From positions 6,572,001 to 6,636,000 of the forward strand of contig CM119378.1 in the NCBI GenBank assembly GCA_051294905.1: DNA of 64,000 bases, read 5' to 3'. The notes below the pieces were generated by a model that ran no database searches, had not been told where the DNA came from, and saw only the letters and a program-made list of their open reading frames with translations. Both the position numbers and the translations under genes were made by a program. Source of the DNA: Botryllus schlosseri. Taxonomy: Eukaryota. Shown in pieces: positions 12,537 through 27,500 of this stretch (position 1 is its first letter; every line of letters begins with the position of its first letter).

Positions 12537-15500
12537 GTAAAGGAAAGTTTATTCTATTTCGACCTGGGCGTGTCACATTCGATTCGATATGTTTATAAAT
12601 ATCAAGTAGCAGGGTATCGAATTAAGTGGGCAATATCAGCGGCACTGAAACCTATTATCTCGTGTGTCAAAAATGATGGATTGTTTTGATTCGCTGTGAC
12701 CCGAACGCGGGAATATATTAGTGGAAAAGTACAGATATTATCGATTCAGTGTTACAGCCATTAACTCCGACAATGTTACGATAATGCATAAACTGTTCTC
12801 GTTTGCTTAAAAACAGAAGAGCTTCTTGGAGGTACAGAACTTCATATTGAAATGAACCCGAATATTTTCGACTGACACTCGTCAGGGGTAATCGCCAGCA
12901 ACTTGTGAAGAATTGGAAAGAATATTGTATATCAACAATCGTATCACAAAATATGAAGGCGCCGACATGAAATTTCGAATAAATCGGAAAGAAACTAACT
13001 TGAAGTTAAAATTGGAATATGTCTTATTCAGCCACTTGAGTTAGATGAGAGTTGCCCCCGATATTTTCCTGTATATCTTCGATTAATTTCGGTAATGCTG
13101 GGTTTGATGGAGACCAATATATATCCCATTATGACATAACAGATCAATGAGCTGGCAAGTTTGAGCTTAAGCACTGTGCTATAGTAGTATATTTATCATC
13201 CTGCGCTGATGCATGCGACTAGAGAACGGCGCTAGGTACTGCCGTTGATTATAATCGTATTTGCGAACTGTTCATCTCATACACATACACCGATGAGCAA
13301 TTTACTGTCATAGCGTATATTGACGGACGCATTGCCGTGTTATTTTTTCGAAATCCCGTGAAACACGTTCGCAGTATTTGCCTTCCCGCCTTCGTTAGCC
13401 AGTGATGGTGCGCACCTGCGATCAGGAATATCCATTTGCCTTTCAAAAACATAATGACATTTTGGGGTTGTTGTATGTGTGCAGAAGTAAGTCACGCCAA
13501 GATAACCCTTGGAAACTTTTTAGCAATGTATGCAATATTTATAAAGCACTGTTTGAATGACGTGTATGTTCTTACAGTCATCCATGTAGTGTGGACATGG
13601 GGATTCACGATATTTTGTTTCGTTGGTCTAAATCAGTTATGCCTTTTATGTCAATATTTTGAACCACACAGTAACATTTTGTTAATTTCCAAGAATCCAA
13701 TGTAGTTTTACGAGCGTTCGGCGAGTGCGTATAGGGCGTCGATCTGTCGACGGCAAGAGTAATGCGATCAGCCAGTATTACATCTTGATCCTTTAAATAT
13801 CGCGGCTAAGTCCCGCGCTAATACCCGAAGACACTGCCCTTGAAATTGTACACAGAGAGCAAATATATATATATCTATATTATGACAAGACGCACCGCGC
13901 CGTCTTTTACTGAATATTTCAGTGCGAAGGAACCAAACGTATACTTTTAGGGGTCATTCATAACGTGTTATTACTCGCCGCGAATAGACCGCATGAATAT
14001 GTATGGTAGGATGTACCATGCGATTTCGCACCAGAGTACAAATTGGGTATAACATAGAACATAGCGTACAGATCTGGTCCAAAAATCGCATTGTTCGCGA
14101 GAGTCTGTCTTTTTGCACATTGATAAATGGCTGTGGTGTTTATGCATAACTACTGTAGAGATTAGACGCGTAAGGCATTCCATTCTAAGTGGTAGTAATG
14201 ACATGTTTAAATTGTTTATGGTTTGTACATTGTACAACGAAATATGTTAGTTTATATGCGATGCACTCTTGTCCCTGCCACGAGTTGAGTATACTGTTCG
14301 TATTAACAATGTGAAAATGACGAATATGGCCTGAAAGAATATCACATACTGCTTGTTGTCCTTATCGGATTTGAATGTACACATTGGATATCTGGCGTGC
14401 ACGGTAAACTTGCTGTATAAGTCATATTTTTATGAGAAAATGGTTCCTGTATCTCGCTACTTTGGAGTAAATTAATCCGATAATTGCGGTCCCAATAGCG
14501 GCATGCATCGCCACGGACGACAGACTCCGGCGTATCATATTACCTTTTTTCACTGCAATGCAAGGTCACGCCGCAGTCGTCTCCTGTGGCGCTAACTATT
14601 TTCTATGGCCGGGTTGTTGATATTTCCAGTCTCGGTATAACCATTCTGTTACGCTATCGACACAGTTAGTTCGAAATTATGTGTGAGTAGAAACAACCCG
14701 TGTTCCCTTGGCGTCACTGCGAGGAAAAGTCTGAGCAAAGAGGGTTCAACTGAGAAAGTAGTTTGGAGCGTGTCAATTAATTACAGCGCGCATCCCAAGT
14801 CGTAGCGTCACGTTGTTATGACTCATTCCGAAATGGGCGACGCATTGCTAGAGTATATAACTGATCCTGGATTGTATGTGGAATGTACTAGTTCCGGTTT
14901 TCAAACCAAACATTGGGTGTACACAATGTGCATTGTAAGGTTTCATATCCAATTAAAGCTAGTTTTGCCGCGATGACCTTAAAATGGATTTTATGATTGT
15001 CATAAAATGCGAAAATTCAGATGACTATAGTCGTAAAATGAATCTGTGAATCGTTCCAATGGGAAATATCTTGCGTTCAATCAGACATCGCTAATCACCA
15101 CACCAGCTCCGATGTGATTTAGTGTGTTTTGTCAAAGATCAAATCCCTTTCGAAAGCTTGTTAGTATACTGGATCACCCTCCACACAGAAAACCCACCAA
15201 ATATGTTTTTGGGGTGTGTTTGGACGGTTCACCCAAACTGGTACTCAACCAACGAAATATGGGTTATGGCTAGGGCAAGTTTTTGCAGCTTTTGCAACTT
15301 TTTTTACAGCTTCCGACAGCTTCCTAGATACTCAGAATCTATGTACTTTGATGTCTTGAACTGTTTGGAGGGATCTTACAGTGCAACATTTTGCAACTTT
15401 CCTCTATTTCTCATACAATTTTTACTGCAACTTTGATCAAATATTGCGTTAAAATGTAAAGGTGTGATTTAAAAACATGCTATAAACTACATCTAGTATG

Positions 15501-18500
15501 GTTCTATTCTCTTTGATTTGCATAACAAACAGCTATATGATGGGTTAGTTGCATCTCACTGTGTTATCTATGACACAATGGCTTGCAAGTAATAAGTTCA
15601 ACTACCCCTGCCAAGCACGACCGTGTCCGAACAATATGTAAATAGATCACTTTATTAATTCCGTCGTTCCCATATCACGAACGCCCAGGCGAAACCGCCG
15701 TAAATTACATTTTCACTGGGTCACCTTATTCAGGCTATTGATTTTGTTGAAGTAGCCAAGAGTGAGTGTTTCTTCAACGCTTTGGGTCAAGTTTGCAGAC
15801 CTAGAGGGTTCGGGGTGTGTTATTTGACTTGTTTTAGGGGGAGGGGGTTATCGCTTTGCTGTTTGGCTTTTTTAGGGAAAATTATTCCCGTATTGCGTAA
15901 TTTTTTTGCTGTGCACCGGGAAAAAATATAATTTTTAGCAGTCTCGCCAAAATGTCCGTGAAATGTCACAGTTACAAATTTGACTGCTCTGCAGGAACTA
16001 GGTTACACAACGTAATCTTTTAAGTATCTCATACCCCACTAATTCAACAAAAATTGTAAATGCAACTTTTTACTGCAACTTTTGTTAAGATTAGGTGCAA
16101 CTTTCTCGCGGTTTTAGTGCAACAAAAACTTGCCCCAGTTATGGCACATCAACTGATGCTGGTCATGGCACATCAACTGATGCTGGTCATGCTGCTATAA
16201 TATTTTGTACACGTAATAATGTGACTTTGTGCGCATTTTCTCCCAAATGATGGATGATAAACTTGACATGTCGGAATCGTGAAATGTTGGATCTTATCAT
16301 CAATAATTCGCTTTTGACTCTTCCTGAATCATCCATATATGCTGTCGTTGGAATTTGATTCGCAGTGTTGGGGAAGATCCCATACGTACCAGACCAGCGA
16401 TTACATGTGATCACCACATAAGGCACAATGTAGCAGGTCATTCCAAGCGATCACTCGTCAATTCGTTCAATTTATCACGGTTTTCAAGTGGATTGGATTG
16501 ATTGCTCATGGCTGATGCCCGCGAGGTCTTGGGTAGATTAGAGAGCTTGGGAGAATTGTCCCGACATGGTTGATTTGGTATTTTATAGGGTTCAGCGTTG
16601 GGAATACGTAAAAGCCTTCCTGCAAGGTATAAAATGTCAATGTAAATTGAAATCTGCCAAGGTCAATCCCGGAAGTTCTCACAGTCACAGAAACGACTTT
16701 CAGGCCTATAAATGACGACGTTTATTACCGTACATATTTTATCCGGTCTGTATAAACCATGTTTGATTTGGAATCAATCAACTAATGCATCTTCGTAATT
16801 GAACAAGAGAAGTAATATACCAAGTATGTCCTCAAAATGATATTATGTCGACATGTTTTGCGGATGTAGTCAAATTAGTCTAGTCCGCTTGTATCTCAAT
16901 CGTCATCCCAGAAAAGTTTTTACTACATTGGTGCCGACGCGTGCCGTTAACTCTCTGCCAGTAGACCTCAGAAATTTGCCTGACCATCTATTTAAAAAAC
17001 GTTACCGGAAATATATTTTTCATATGTATTGATTAGGTGCCGGTATTGCAGTTGCTGTTATCTTGTGTTGTTATGTACCATTGTACCAATATGTGTAAAC
17101 TGCACTCTATAGACTCAGTCCTGCATTGCAGTCCCAAATCTTCGTTGTATGTTGCTTGTTACTGTATCCTGGTTGAATTTTTTCCCTACATTTCTTGTAG
17201 TGTTGTTTCATTATTTTCATTGTAATGCGCCTTTTATTGTAATGTGTGTACTCCTACAGGTGGCGTAGTACCCCTATACTAAGGCCCTAAATTAATGTGT
17301 CTATCTATATCTAAAAGCATATCCACTTGACTTTGGTACGCAGTCCAAGTTGGCAAACCCTAGTTAAGTACCAGTACTCCTATATAGTAGACGTACGATA
17401 CTTTGTTACTGGCCAGTGGCCACTTCTGATGATGTTCACCATCGTCCGCTGACTTCGGACCTTGTATCGGCACATCCGTTTCGTTTAAACTCCGTTCTTC
17501 TTTTCAGATGCGGAGTTTAGATTCGTCGTCGAACCCACGTCCACCATCGCAAGCCTCGGAGACAGAGTCGTTCTAAACTGCGACACGAACGTACCGGCTT
17601 CATCCGTAGAGTGGTACTTTGATGGCGCGAGTTTATCACCAGAACCAGGCATAACTCGTATGTAGTTTGATAAATAGCAGGTGATTTCACTTACGCCTTG
17701 TTACAGCGGGACAAATCAACTTGAATCATCAAAGACGGAAACGGTACAAGGACGACAGAAGTCGCCCCCGTGCGGATAACTCGCGGGAGGTAGGCCGTCG
17801 CGGGTCTACCCGTAAGAAAGTGAGACGCAGAAAAGGTAAGTAAACCTATACACTATGCAGCTTACACGCCGGGCGCTAGCTAACCCGGCGTTCAACTTCA
17901 GGCGGTTCTGGTAAGAAGAAGAAATCCGAAAGTCGTGAAGGACACCGATACGTGAGAAGCGTCGACGCGAAAACGCACATCGACGCGCAATCGTAAGTGA
18001 AAAGCCAGAAGTTGGCAAACCAGTCTCCTCTCCCAATTTTCAATGCGATATACTTGATTGTTAATATCGCACGTGGTCAATAACAAAGTATTTCGGAATT
18101 ACCACAAGAACCGCGTGAAATGGACCTGGTCAGACTTGTAAAAACTACTAGATTTTCAAAAGCTCAACTAGATCTAGAACTACTCAATTTTTAAAACTAG
18201 CAACTTGAACAAGAACTACTCACCTTTCAAAATACGCAGCAAGAACTAGAACTACTAAAAAAACGTTAGTTAGTTGACCGTCAACTAACTAAATGGATAT
18301 CTTGTACAAGTCTGGCCCTGGTGTCACGGTAGCTGAGCATTGAGCAAGGATCATATATTTTTAGATTATACCTACTCGCAGTGCCGGCTACCATTAGTCA
18401 TTTGGTGTTGGTCGCGAATAGTCATCTTGCAATTTCGAAAGCAACCATTTCCGATTACGCGCTGAAATTATGGGTACCCTCGACCAAATCTACTTTTTAA

Positions 18501-21500
18501 ACTACCTACTTGAGTACTTTACATACTTTTCATTTCCGCTTCCACTTGAATTGGTTTCCACACATCTTGGATATTTCTACTACTTCTTGTAATAGCGCTG
18601 ATATTTACGACTTTACTTTTGATTTTCTACTTCGGTAGCGACACTGTTCACTGTCGCTGTCTAGATATGTACGAATCTTGGGAAGCATTATTTTCAATAC
18701 TCAACTCATACATCATCTATTGCTTTCAGTTTGGGAGTGCGAATACTAGAAGACCGTTTGGAAATCGAGCGCCTTGCACCTAAAAACGCCGGTACTTACC
18801 ACTGCGTCGTGTCAATACCGAAAGGGTCAATACGCAGCTCAAATGCTCTCGTAGAAATTGCTCGTAAGTTACCCAATCTTTCCCCCATTCTTGCCATGTC
18901 GCGAAGTATCATTACCGCCTTATTTCACCAGACCTATCAAACTTCACATCCGATAAACCGGAGATAATCAAGACCGGACCAAGAGCCGCTGTACTCCCTT
19001 GTCGTATACAGGATGGGAGTGTGCCGCCCCCTATCATCAACTGGAAGATTGATGGTAATCTGTTGAAGAGCATCGAAAATGGTGAGTATATATATTATAT
19101 AGATACAATTAAATAGTGTATTCATATTGAAATGAATATACTATTCAATCGTATACTGAAGCTCTGTACCTCCAAGAAGCTTTTCAAATATATAGCTTGC
19201 AAGATAACCTGGTGTTTGAATATGTGCGCAACCGGTTAACACGTTTGATACAGTAATGGTCAAATGTAATATATAGCTCATATAATTCCTATGCATATTA
19301 CATACCTTTAACGAAGGTGACGCTTTTGTGGGGTTAGTTATGTCTTTTCTAAGAAGTAATTTACGGTATTATTCATGTTGGCGGTGTCTTGCATCGCTGC
19401 GGTCCAATATTTGAATTAGGAACAGTTGAGAGTATAGGGTTAATTTTGTAAATGCAATCCAGAGTCATAAGTGCGCCGCTGAACGTAAACCTACTGCCCA
19501 CTTATGCTCTCGGAAATTGTTGGGAATCCGTTTTTCACTGTATTATACTGTACACTGAAAATATGGTGACATTTGGATAGAAATAGTGATAAAGATTAAA
19601 TGGATAGAAATAATGAGACGATCCCGGATAATCTGTATTCACACCGGAGTGATCTTTCATGTTTGTTGAGGAATACACACTGCAGGGCGAGCGTGATCGA
19701 CTGGTAATTCCAGCAAATTTTCGATTTGCGATTATGACATCGTCGACGGATATAGTCTACTCTCATCCCGCAGTGTTTTGATTATTGGTATTCCACAATC
19801 GCAGTATATTCATCAGAGGACTGTCCTTTTAGAAAGATTAATACAAAATCGCCACAGACTACGATGGTTATCATTTATCAACATCGTGTTTAAGAATAGT
19901 TCCTTAAACAATGTACATGTGATGGCGATAATAAGAGGTCAAGAAAAGGCGATGGTAACTTAATAAATGACTGTCGCGAGTAATAGGGGATTACGTAATG
20001 CAGTACCAGCGTTATAATCATTCATAATCCTAACAATGTGTTTGTTACGAAGCAATGCGCGCGCTGAAATCTGTCAATTGGGTAAATTATGAATCAAAAT
20101 CGTCTCTGTCATCAATCCTGCACATTGTTACCGCACGAAGTTATGAGTACTTAACGCGCGGAAATAAATACAGTATATCATTTTCATTACGGAGTAAGAC
20201 GCAGTTTTCTAGAGGGGCCACTATTTATTATCAACCTGGTGGATTCACGCCCTGATTGTCAGTGTTATCAGGTCATATATCATCAAATAGTCAAAAGTTT
20301 TACATCTACATCTTCAAGGTGCGCAGATTCCATTATAGCTGAGTATCTCCTCTATGAAGCATACGCCAGCGTCATGTAGGGATATAATCTCTATACCTTA
20401 TCATAGTATCTCATTATTGTATTATTATATTAGACCAGCGGTTCTCAACATCTTTCTTCTATGATTTTGTTGCGTATCGTATTGCGTTAACGAAAAATTC
20501 AACTTTACTCGAAATACATAGGATTATTAACATGAGCTGATTAGCAAATAATTCGAACCGGAAATATCGGAACAAATGCGGCCCACGAGCTAATCCGCCC
20601 ATGATTATTAAGAATACACACACCAGCAAGGCAATATTGATGTGATGGTTGCAATCTTTTCTTCTCCACAAGCTGATCTAGGCGAATGATGATTGGTTTA
20701 AGTATTTAACTATGCATTCGATGAATACTTCTTGCATTCGAAAAAATTACGTTAACCATTTTGTGGAAGCTGTTATTTTTCTTATAAAAATGCATTTACT
20801 GCGTACCATCTGAAAAGACTCCAGCATACCGCAGGTTGAGAACCATCTTATTAAACTGCTGTCATTTTTGTTGACGAGATACAGGTTTTGAGTTATTCCT
20901 GCTTCAGACAGTGTACCGTGTCATTAATTCGAAACGGAAAGACTAAATATACATTATACAGCTATACACACTCTATTGTGTGATATAATTTCTCTACCCG
21001 TGTTGTTCGCGATAATTAACGATCGCGAAAGGCCGTTTCGATACCCGCCGCCAGTGCGCAATAAAAAGCTTTGATATCGACACCGATTGTAGCAATTTGC
21101 GGTCGCCTCGCTAAGTTGTTCCCATCACAAAACGCGTAACTACGCGCCGCACGGGTGTTATTTTATTGCGGGCGCACAATCAAACTATAGTCGAGCTATG
21201 TTGGCACGGTGCTAACTAACAGTTAAACCCGTTTCTGTCGTGCAATTACGCGTCGCCTCGTGTCTTCCAACGTGCGAATCTAGGCGCGTTAAATCGGCGC
21301 ACGAAACGGTTAAATCTATGGTTTCCGACCGCGTCTCCGTTTGCAGGTATCATTGACACGGAATTGTTTCTATTATGCGATTGAGAAATTGAAGGTCACT
21401 GAGTGTCGGCGGGATAGATCGTGTTGCTATTTTTTGCACATTATCACGCCCAGTACATAAGTTTGGTGAGGATGATATTTGTCATGTAGCTTATGCGGTT

Positions 21501-24500
21501 TTGATTAGTCGCGCTGAGGAAAATTATCCATTCGCAACAGAGTTGACGCATTGGTAAGTAGCCACTTTTGAGGCTTAAACGGGAAATACCGAATCGCATC
21601 CAAATCCGGTAATACCTCGAAAATCAAACGTATATGTTACTTGCAGGGACAGATTTCCAGATATGTGTTTCGCAAACATTGCAGATAGTTTGCATTTAAA
21701 GCAAACATCTTAAATGCATGGCCCTTTTTAAAACATGTTTTTTTATTGTTTTTGTTACCAATAAGTCACGAATCTGTAATTTTGACGTAATGGTGGATTG
21801 ACATCGACAATAAAAAATGTAAGTATAGCTCCTTTGACGAAAAAGGCCAAGACTACATCGTTATCAAGCATAATTACGGTCGGCGGTCATCATCACCAGA
21901 ACATCCATCCCGTACCATTGGTATATATCTATGCCGAACCGACGCCGAATTCGAAGGTTCCAACCATTCCATATCGTAAACTTCGAATGTATCTGTTGCA
22001 AATCGTCCGTAGGCTCATACGACATGTGTATTCAAAAGTATTCGCACAATTATGGCATAATTATTATACAACTTTTGAAAAATGAATTTATTTTTATAAA
22101 AGGGCATTTTTTAAAACGCTGGTAAACACATATTTGAAACAGAGTGTTTTAGAACACCATTTGTTTTAAGTGGAACCCTAGTGTACATTGTACAGTGTAC
22201 ACACGCCACATTCACATCAGGGCTACTTAACTGGTGGACCTTTTTAGTGTTAAACGCAAACCCATTATTGCTAGATTACGCACAAAAACCTAGTAGCAAA
22301 GAAGGTCGTGCTCTACCTTGGCAGTACAGGATTAGATTGAATAATACCGGATTGGTGTGCATTACCTTAGCAGTTGAGCCGCCATATAGTGTAACATTGA
22401 AAGCAATCCTTGATCCTGATTATCACTGCACGCTGCGTAAGCGTTAAGCTGTTATTTGTCATTCGTCAGGGTCTACTGATTAATCATTATCTTGTGGAAA
22501 CCTCCTTCAACGGCCGGCCATTTTCATGTTAGCAATGTAGATGCTCGCATCTAAATTGGAGTATATATTACAGACAAGACAACGTGATATTTTCTCGTAC
22601 AATGATCGCTTGCCTCCGTATTTCGTAGCGTAAGCCAGCCTGTATTGTTTTGACTGTAAGCCCGGAGTGGAAGTCGTTAAAATTCGACGAACGGTTCATC
22701 TTCGTGACTAATAACTATCCCAGCAATTTAATGCTCTCGCGCGCTATAATGCCGGTCTACATTCGGTTTGGATTTCCTTTTGGCGGAGGTAAACGTCGTT
22801 CTCGAGAACCCGATCAACCCGAAATGGAAATATTAGCACTCAAAATGTATCTCACGTTACCCGCATCCTGCCCGTAACCCAACCGAACCTGTTCAAGATT
22901 TCGATTGGTTTCAGCTTCGCGGTTATATCCTGGGACGTATCCCACGCAATCAAGTTTAGGCATACTTGCTAGTTGCGCGTGCACCGAACAATGAACATCG
23001 AACAAATAGAAGCACAATCAACAACCTGCCTTTGTGATCATTGAAGCGTCGCCTCATTAGCCAATCAACAACCGTAATTTCGTGCTTGCTAGTCTTCTAG
23101 CCATTCTATGGTCGGTGGTCCGCCCGCTCTTAGGCAGCTACTTTCAATCGCTTTGCGCGAAATCTTAACGACTTTCCTGTGAGTCTCATTCATGATCTTT
23201 ATCAATAATATATAGAATGAGACATTACAGCACAGTATTTATGAGATTTCCTGATTTCTGACCACCCTATGTCCAGTTATACCCGCCCGTCTGGTGCTGC
23301 AGATGAATTCATATTTCCTCTTATCTCTGTAACTCTGGCTGTCAAAGTTTCGATTTCAATTCTGTCAAGCGAAATTCATATATTCACTATGCTGGTTGCT
23401 GGTTGAATCGAGAGCTAGCCCAATAGGACACTAGCGAAAACATTGAACGAGAAACCTCTCTTAACCGGAATGCAATCTGGCACAACAAAAAATCAATCAC
23501 AAATGACATGCTACTGTTATTATGCTGGGTCAAATCTCGCGAAATCTAATACCTGTAACGATGCACCTTTTATGTATGTATGTACGTACGATACCGCTGT
23601 GTTGATACTTGAGTTTGTCTGGCTAGAAATTGGTGCAATATCAATCAACCCCGCTCGGATTTTAGTGAGTTTCATGACACCAATCGACAGATGTAAAGTA
23701 ATACAGCGATAATCGTTCGGAAATCGCAATTAGGTAACCCGATTCGTTGAGGAGAATCGCGTGAAATTCGATTCTAGTACGAGCAGGCTCGGTGTCATTG
23801 TCCTCAAACCGTTTAGGTGACAATTGTAGTGTTTCCCCAAAATTACAGGTGCCAGCGCTTCGCCTAATTGAACGCGTGTGAATATATAATGCCCATTCGC
23901 ACTTGCGTACAGACGTGTACACTTGTTGAGATATTTCGAAGAATTTACATGATTGCATGAGAATCCTGCACAGATATCTGGATGAGGAATGATTATAGCA
24001 ATATCCCATTATTTAACCTAGCTATTGCGTGTTGTTCTATTCAGAGTTTTGAGAAAAGGCGTTGCACAGTAGGTTTGGACTCGAGCGGTTACTGACCCGT
24101 TCGGAATCCCCTCGACCTTGAGTACTTGGCGCCGTGACATTTTGAGAGCCGTGATACCAAATTCTTGATAGCGACGCACCGGGTCGAATTGTAAACAGCA
24201 GGTGTTCGATTTGGTGCGCTTCCAGCGGAATCTGTCATCGTTTATGCACGTAGGGTCTTTGTATTGGCACTTGCTGCAATTTACATGCTCCAGTCGGTAT
24301 CTTAGCATTCGATCTAAAGTCGAATTATATCAAATAATACAACGGCTGTTTCGGGTTATGAGCGGCCGCAATATCGTTGTAGTGAGAGAGCGTGCAGCAA
24401 CTTTTGCATCTACTCTGTCGGCCTATATTGGTCTATCTCTATATCTATGTCAAATTGAATTGACCATTGTACATTAGGGCTGTTCAAAAAAAAATTTGCC

Positions 24501-27500
24501 TGAATCTTGCCGGTTACGTGATTAAATCGTTAGGTTGCCTTAAAAAACGACGCACACCAAATTTTAATTCATTCCAACCAATAATCGCTGATTTCGTACA
24601 GTTTGAAAATTTTGAATTTACCCAAAGATGCAAAAAAAATTTTTTGTCAGATTTTTCTGTCAACCCCATGAAATTGTTGCGCTGTCTTCAAAGACGATGC
24701 AAAACAAATTTGACTCAATTCCAACCAGTAGAAGCGGAGCTATTTGAGTTTTACTTCGATAATTCGGGGATTATCCTAGATTGGTGGATAATCCAAGAAT
24801 TATCACCGAAAAACTCAAATAACTCCGCTTTTGCTGGTTGGAATTGAGCCAAATTTGTTTTGCATCGTCTTTGAAGACAGTGCAACAATTTCATGGGGTT
24901 GACAGAAAAATTTGACAAAAAAATTTTTTTGCATCTTTGGGTAAATTCAAAATTTTCAAACTGTACGAAAGCAGCGATTATTGGTTGGAATGAATTAAAA
25001 TTTGGTGTGCGTCGTTTTTTAAGGCAACCTAACGATTTAATCGCGTAACCATCAAGATTCAGGGAAAAAAGCTATTTTTGAACAGCCCTATTGTACATGC
25101 TGGTGTTTTTCACAAATCGTTAATTTACATACAATGCAAAAGACTATACTGATGTTGAAACAAATGTTCAGTCGGAATCGATTATGGAATCGTTTCCTAT
25201 ATATCCTTGGTAAGTCCCGTGTACGACAGTGACCCAACTAAATGAACTGATATATAGGCTACTTAGACCCGGATATGAAGTTAATTGCTGGTAACATTCG
25301 ACAAGAAAAAGGCGGTGGTATCACTATGGGATGTATTGAAAATTACATTTAATATCCACCCGTCCGTAACCTATCAGATCTGATGTATCCTGTTTGCACA
25401 CCAACTGTTCGCTTGCGCAGGTGCGCCGCGGATACGCGCGTGACTCCAGGACCTTGTATGCAGTCAGATGTGGGTGACCACCGCGGAACACCTTACAAAT
25501 AAATAGTATAAATATACAACCGCAGCATTTGCTTTGAAAAAACTACTGTATCCCTTGTCAGCACTAGAAGGTCGCTTGCCTGATTATCAAAAGACGCGCG
25601 TTATCCGGCGCGACAAGCAAATATCACGCCACCCCGAATAATCTGTCAATGCATTCCCGTATATATCTTGATACCAGTGTATGTTACATGGTGTAATCTG
25701 TAAAGAATACCGTCGATTGAATCCGAGTAATGCGATGTAATCTGACAGTAGTCTCTCGGTGACAAGTCCGCGCGTATGGCACGACACCGGTAAACCTCGT
25801 ATCACCGAACGATTTGCACAGTTGTTGATGGATTAACGCAACTGAATACGTGATATCTTCTGAGTTAGTGTATTCGACCGCGCGCCCCGCTGTTGAGAAG
25901 CCTGGTCAGACTGGAAACAGGAATATTGTCTCTGTAAAGGGGACTGCTATGTTAATATATATATATTACTAACCTTCGGAACCGGAATGTCCCTTTCTCA
26001 GATGATTCCAATGTGACGTCACAACATAAATAACGCACCGGGACCGGTAGTACCGGTAGATAAATAAAGAAAATAAGTGGAATCAAACGAAATCATTGTA
26101 GCCATGAAATGAACATCATTCGTCTTTGTTAATAACACGCTGGCGGGCGTTTTTGATGTTACAGATGTTCGTTTCTTTGAATTGCATTCATTTCCATGAA
26201 GGCATCGGCGGTTGATATTGAAAAGTTTGTTTTGATTCGGGAAGTTGGCCGTAGCGAAATTCCTGTCGCGCATGAGCGAAGCTATTTGCAATGAAAACAG
26301 GAAAGGAAGAATTACAAATTTCGTTTGACAGGTGCATGAAGCATCTGGATTTCGAAATAATGAGCAAATGATGAGCCAATACTAATTGATTTGATTTTGA
26401 AGGCTCTGCCACTAATATCATCCCCTTTATATGGATCGTAATTCGTGATATTCCCATGTTGAACGGTTATGGTACATACTATCATGCTTGGCAGTACTTG
26501 GTACCCGGTAACAAACGTTATGTTTTTCCTATTCATTAAATCCTGTAATGTGGTATTTATATTTTGTCACCAGCGGTTATTTTGATATTGGGTGGTGGAT
26601 CGGTCGACTTGTTATTAAAAATTTCACTCTGTATTCGTCTTTCATTATGTTTTACAAAATACCTCACCCGCGAAATCCCGATACAATGCTCGGGTTGCTC
26701 GGGAAATTGACGACGCGACTATGTAAATATGAAAAATTTCGATCGCAAATATGTGTCCAAGCACGCAATCCGTTTTCCGTAACGAAAAGGCTCAGTAGTA
26801 ATGCGATCGACTGTCACATTGTCGAAGATGCCTCCGTGTCGTAAATCAACAACATGAGCATGAGCCATTTGTCAGCTTGCTGCCAGAGACGAGAGCATTT
26901 TCGAATGATTCCGTCTTATACCTCGAGCCAGACTTGGATAACCAAGATAATTCGTAGTATAGTGCCGGTAAGCTAATGTGCGAAATGTTTCTATGCCCTA
27001 ACTTAAATTATTATCAATTTTCTGGTTCTCCTGTAAATGCTGCAGGAGAAATATATAATACGAAACAAGCCAAGCTTGCTGTAAAGACATCTGCCACTAT
27101 CTTGCTTATGAGAATAATCTCTAATATGACACGAACTGAACTCGAATGAATTTCAAAGTTTTCGCGAATTCAGTAATTCTAATTCTAATCTAATCTGAAA
27201 AAACTGTAGGAGCGTATAGCTGTAATTCTAATTGTGGTCTAATTTGAAAAAAAAACTGTGCAGCTATGATTCGAATTCTAATCAGATTTATAGCTGAAAA
27301 TCTTCTGGTTGTACAATTCAGCCTCGAGCAGAAATTTGCAGTGTCTCTCTCGCTCAACAAGTAATTTAAGATGCTGAAAACGCGTTCAGTTAAGTTCAAC
27401 CTTCCGCATAGCTGTGAAATGTATTGATACTCAACGCATGTTTCATATGTTCCACAGAAACAGCGTTATCCGCATTCACGTATCTTATGTATTTTTGCAA

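Noticed and set aside
16187-16441. AYMDD, similar to the reverse-transcriptase YxDD motif
   Set aside because: No other RT motifs are nearby, so it cannot be distinguished from chance.
23260-23268. GACCACCCT, one mismatch from the GLI consensus GACCACCCA, in the large CDON/BOC intron
   Set aside because: A single imperfect 9-mer is expected by chance in 13.6 kb, and I saw no cluster.
26312-26536. YQVLPS... resembling the missing second half of Ig2
   Set aside because: It is on the wrong strand; the true exon (YAILPSGSLLV..FRCQAQN) is at 32680-32823.
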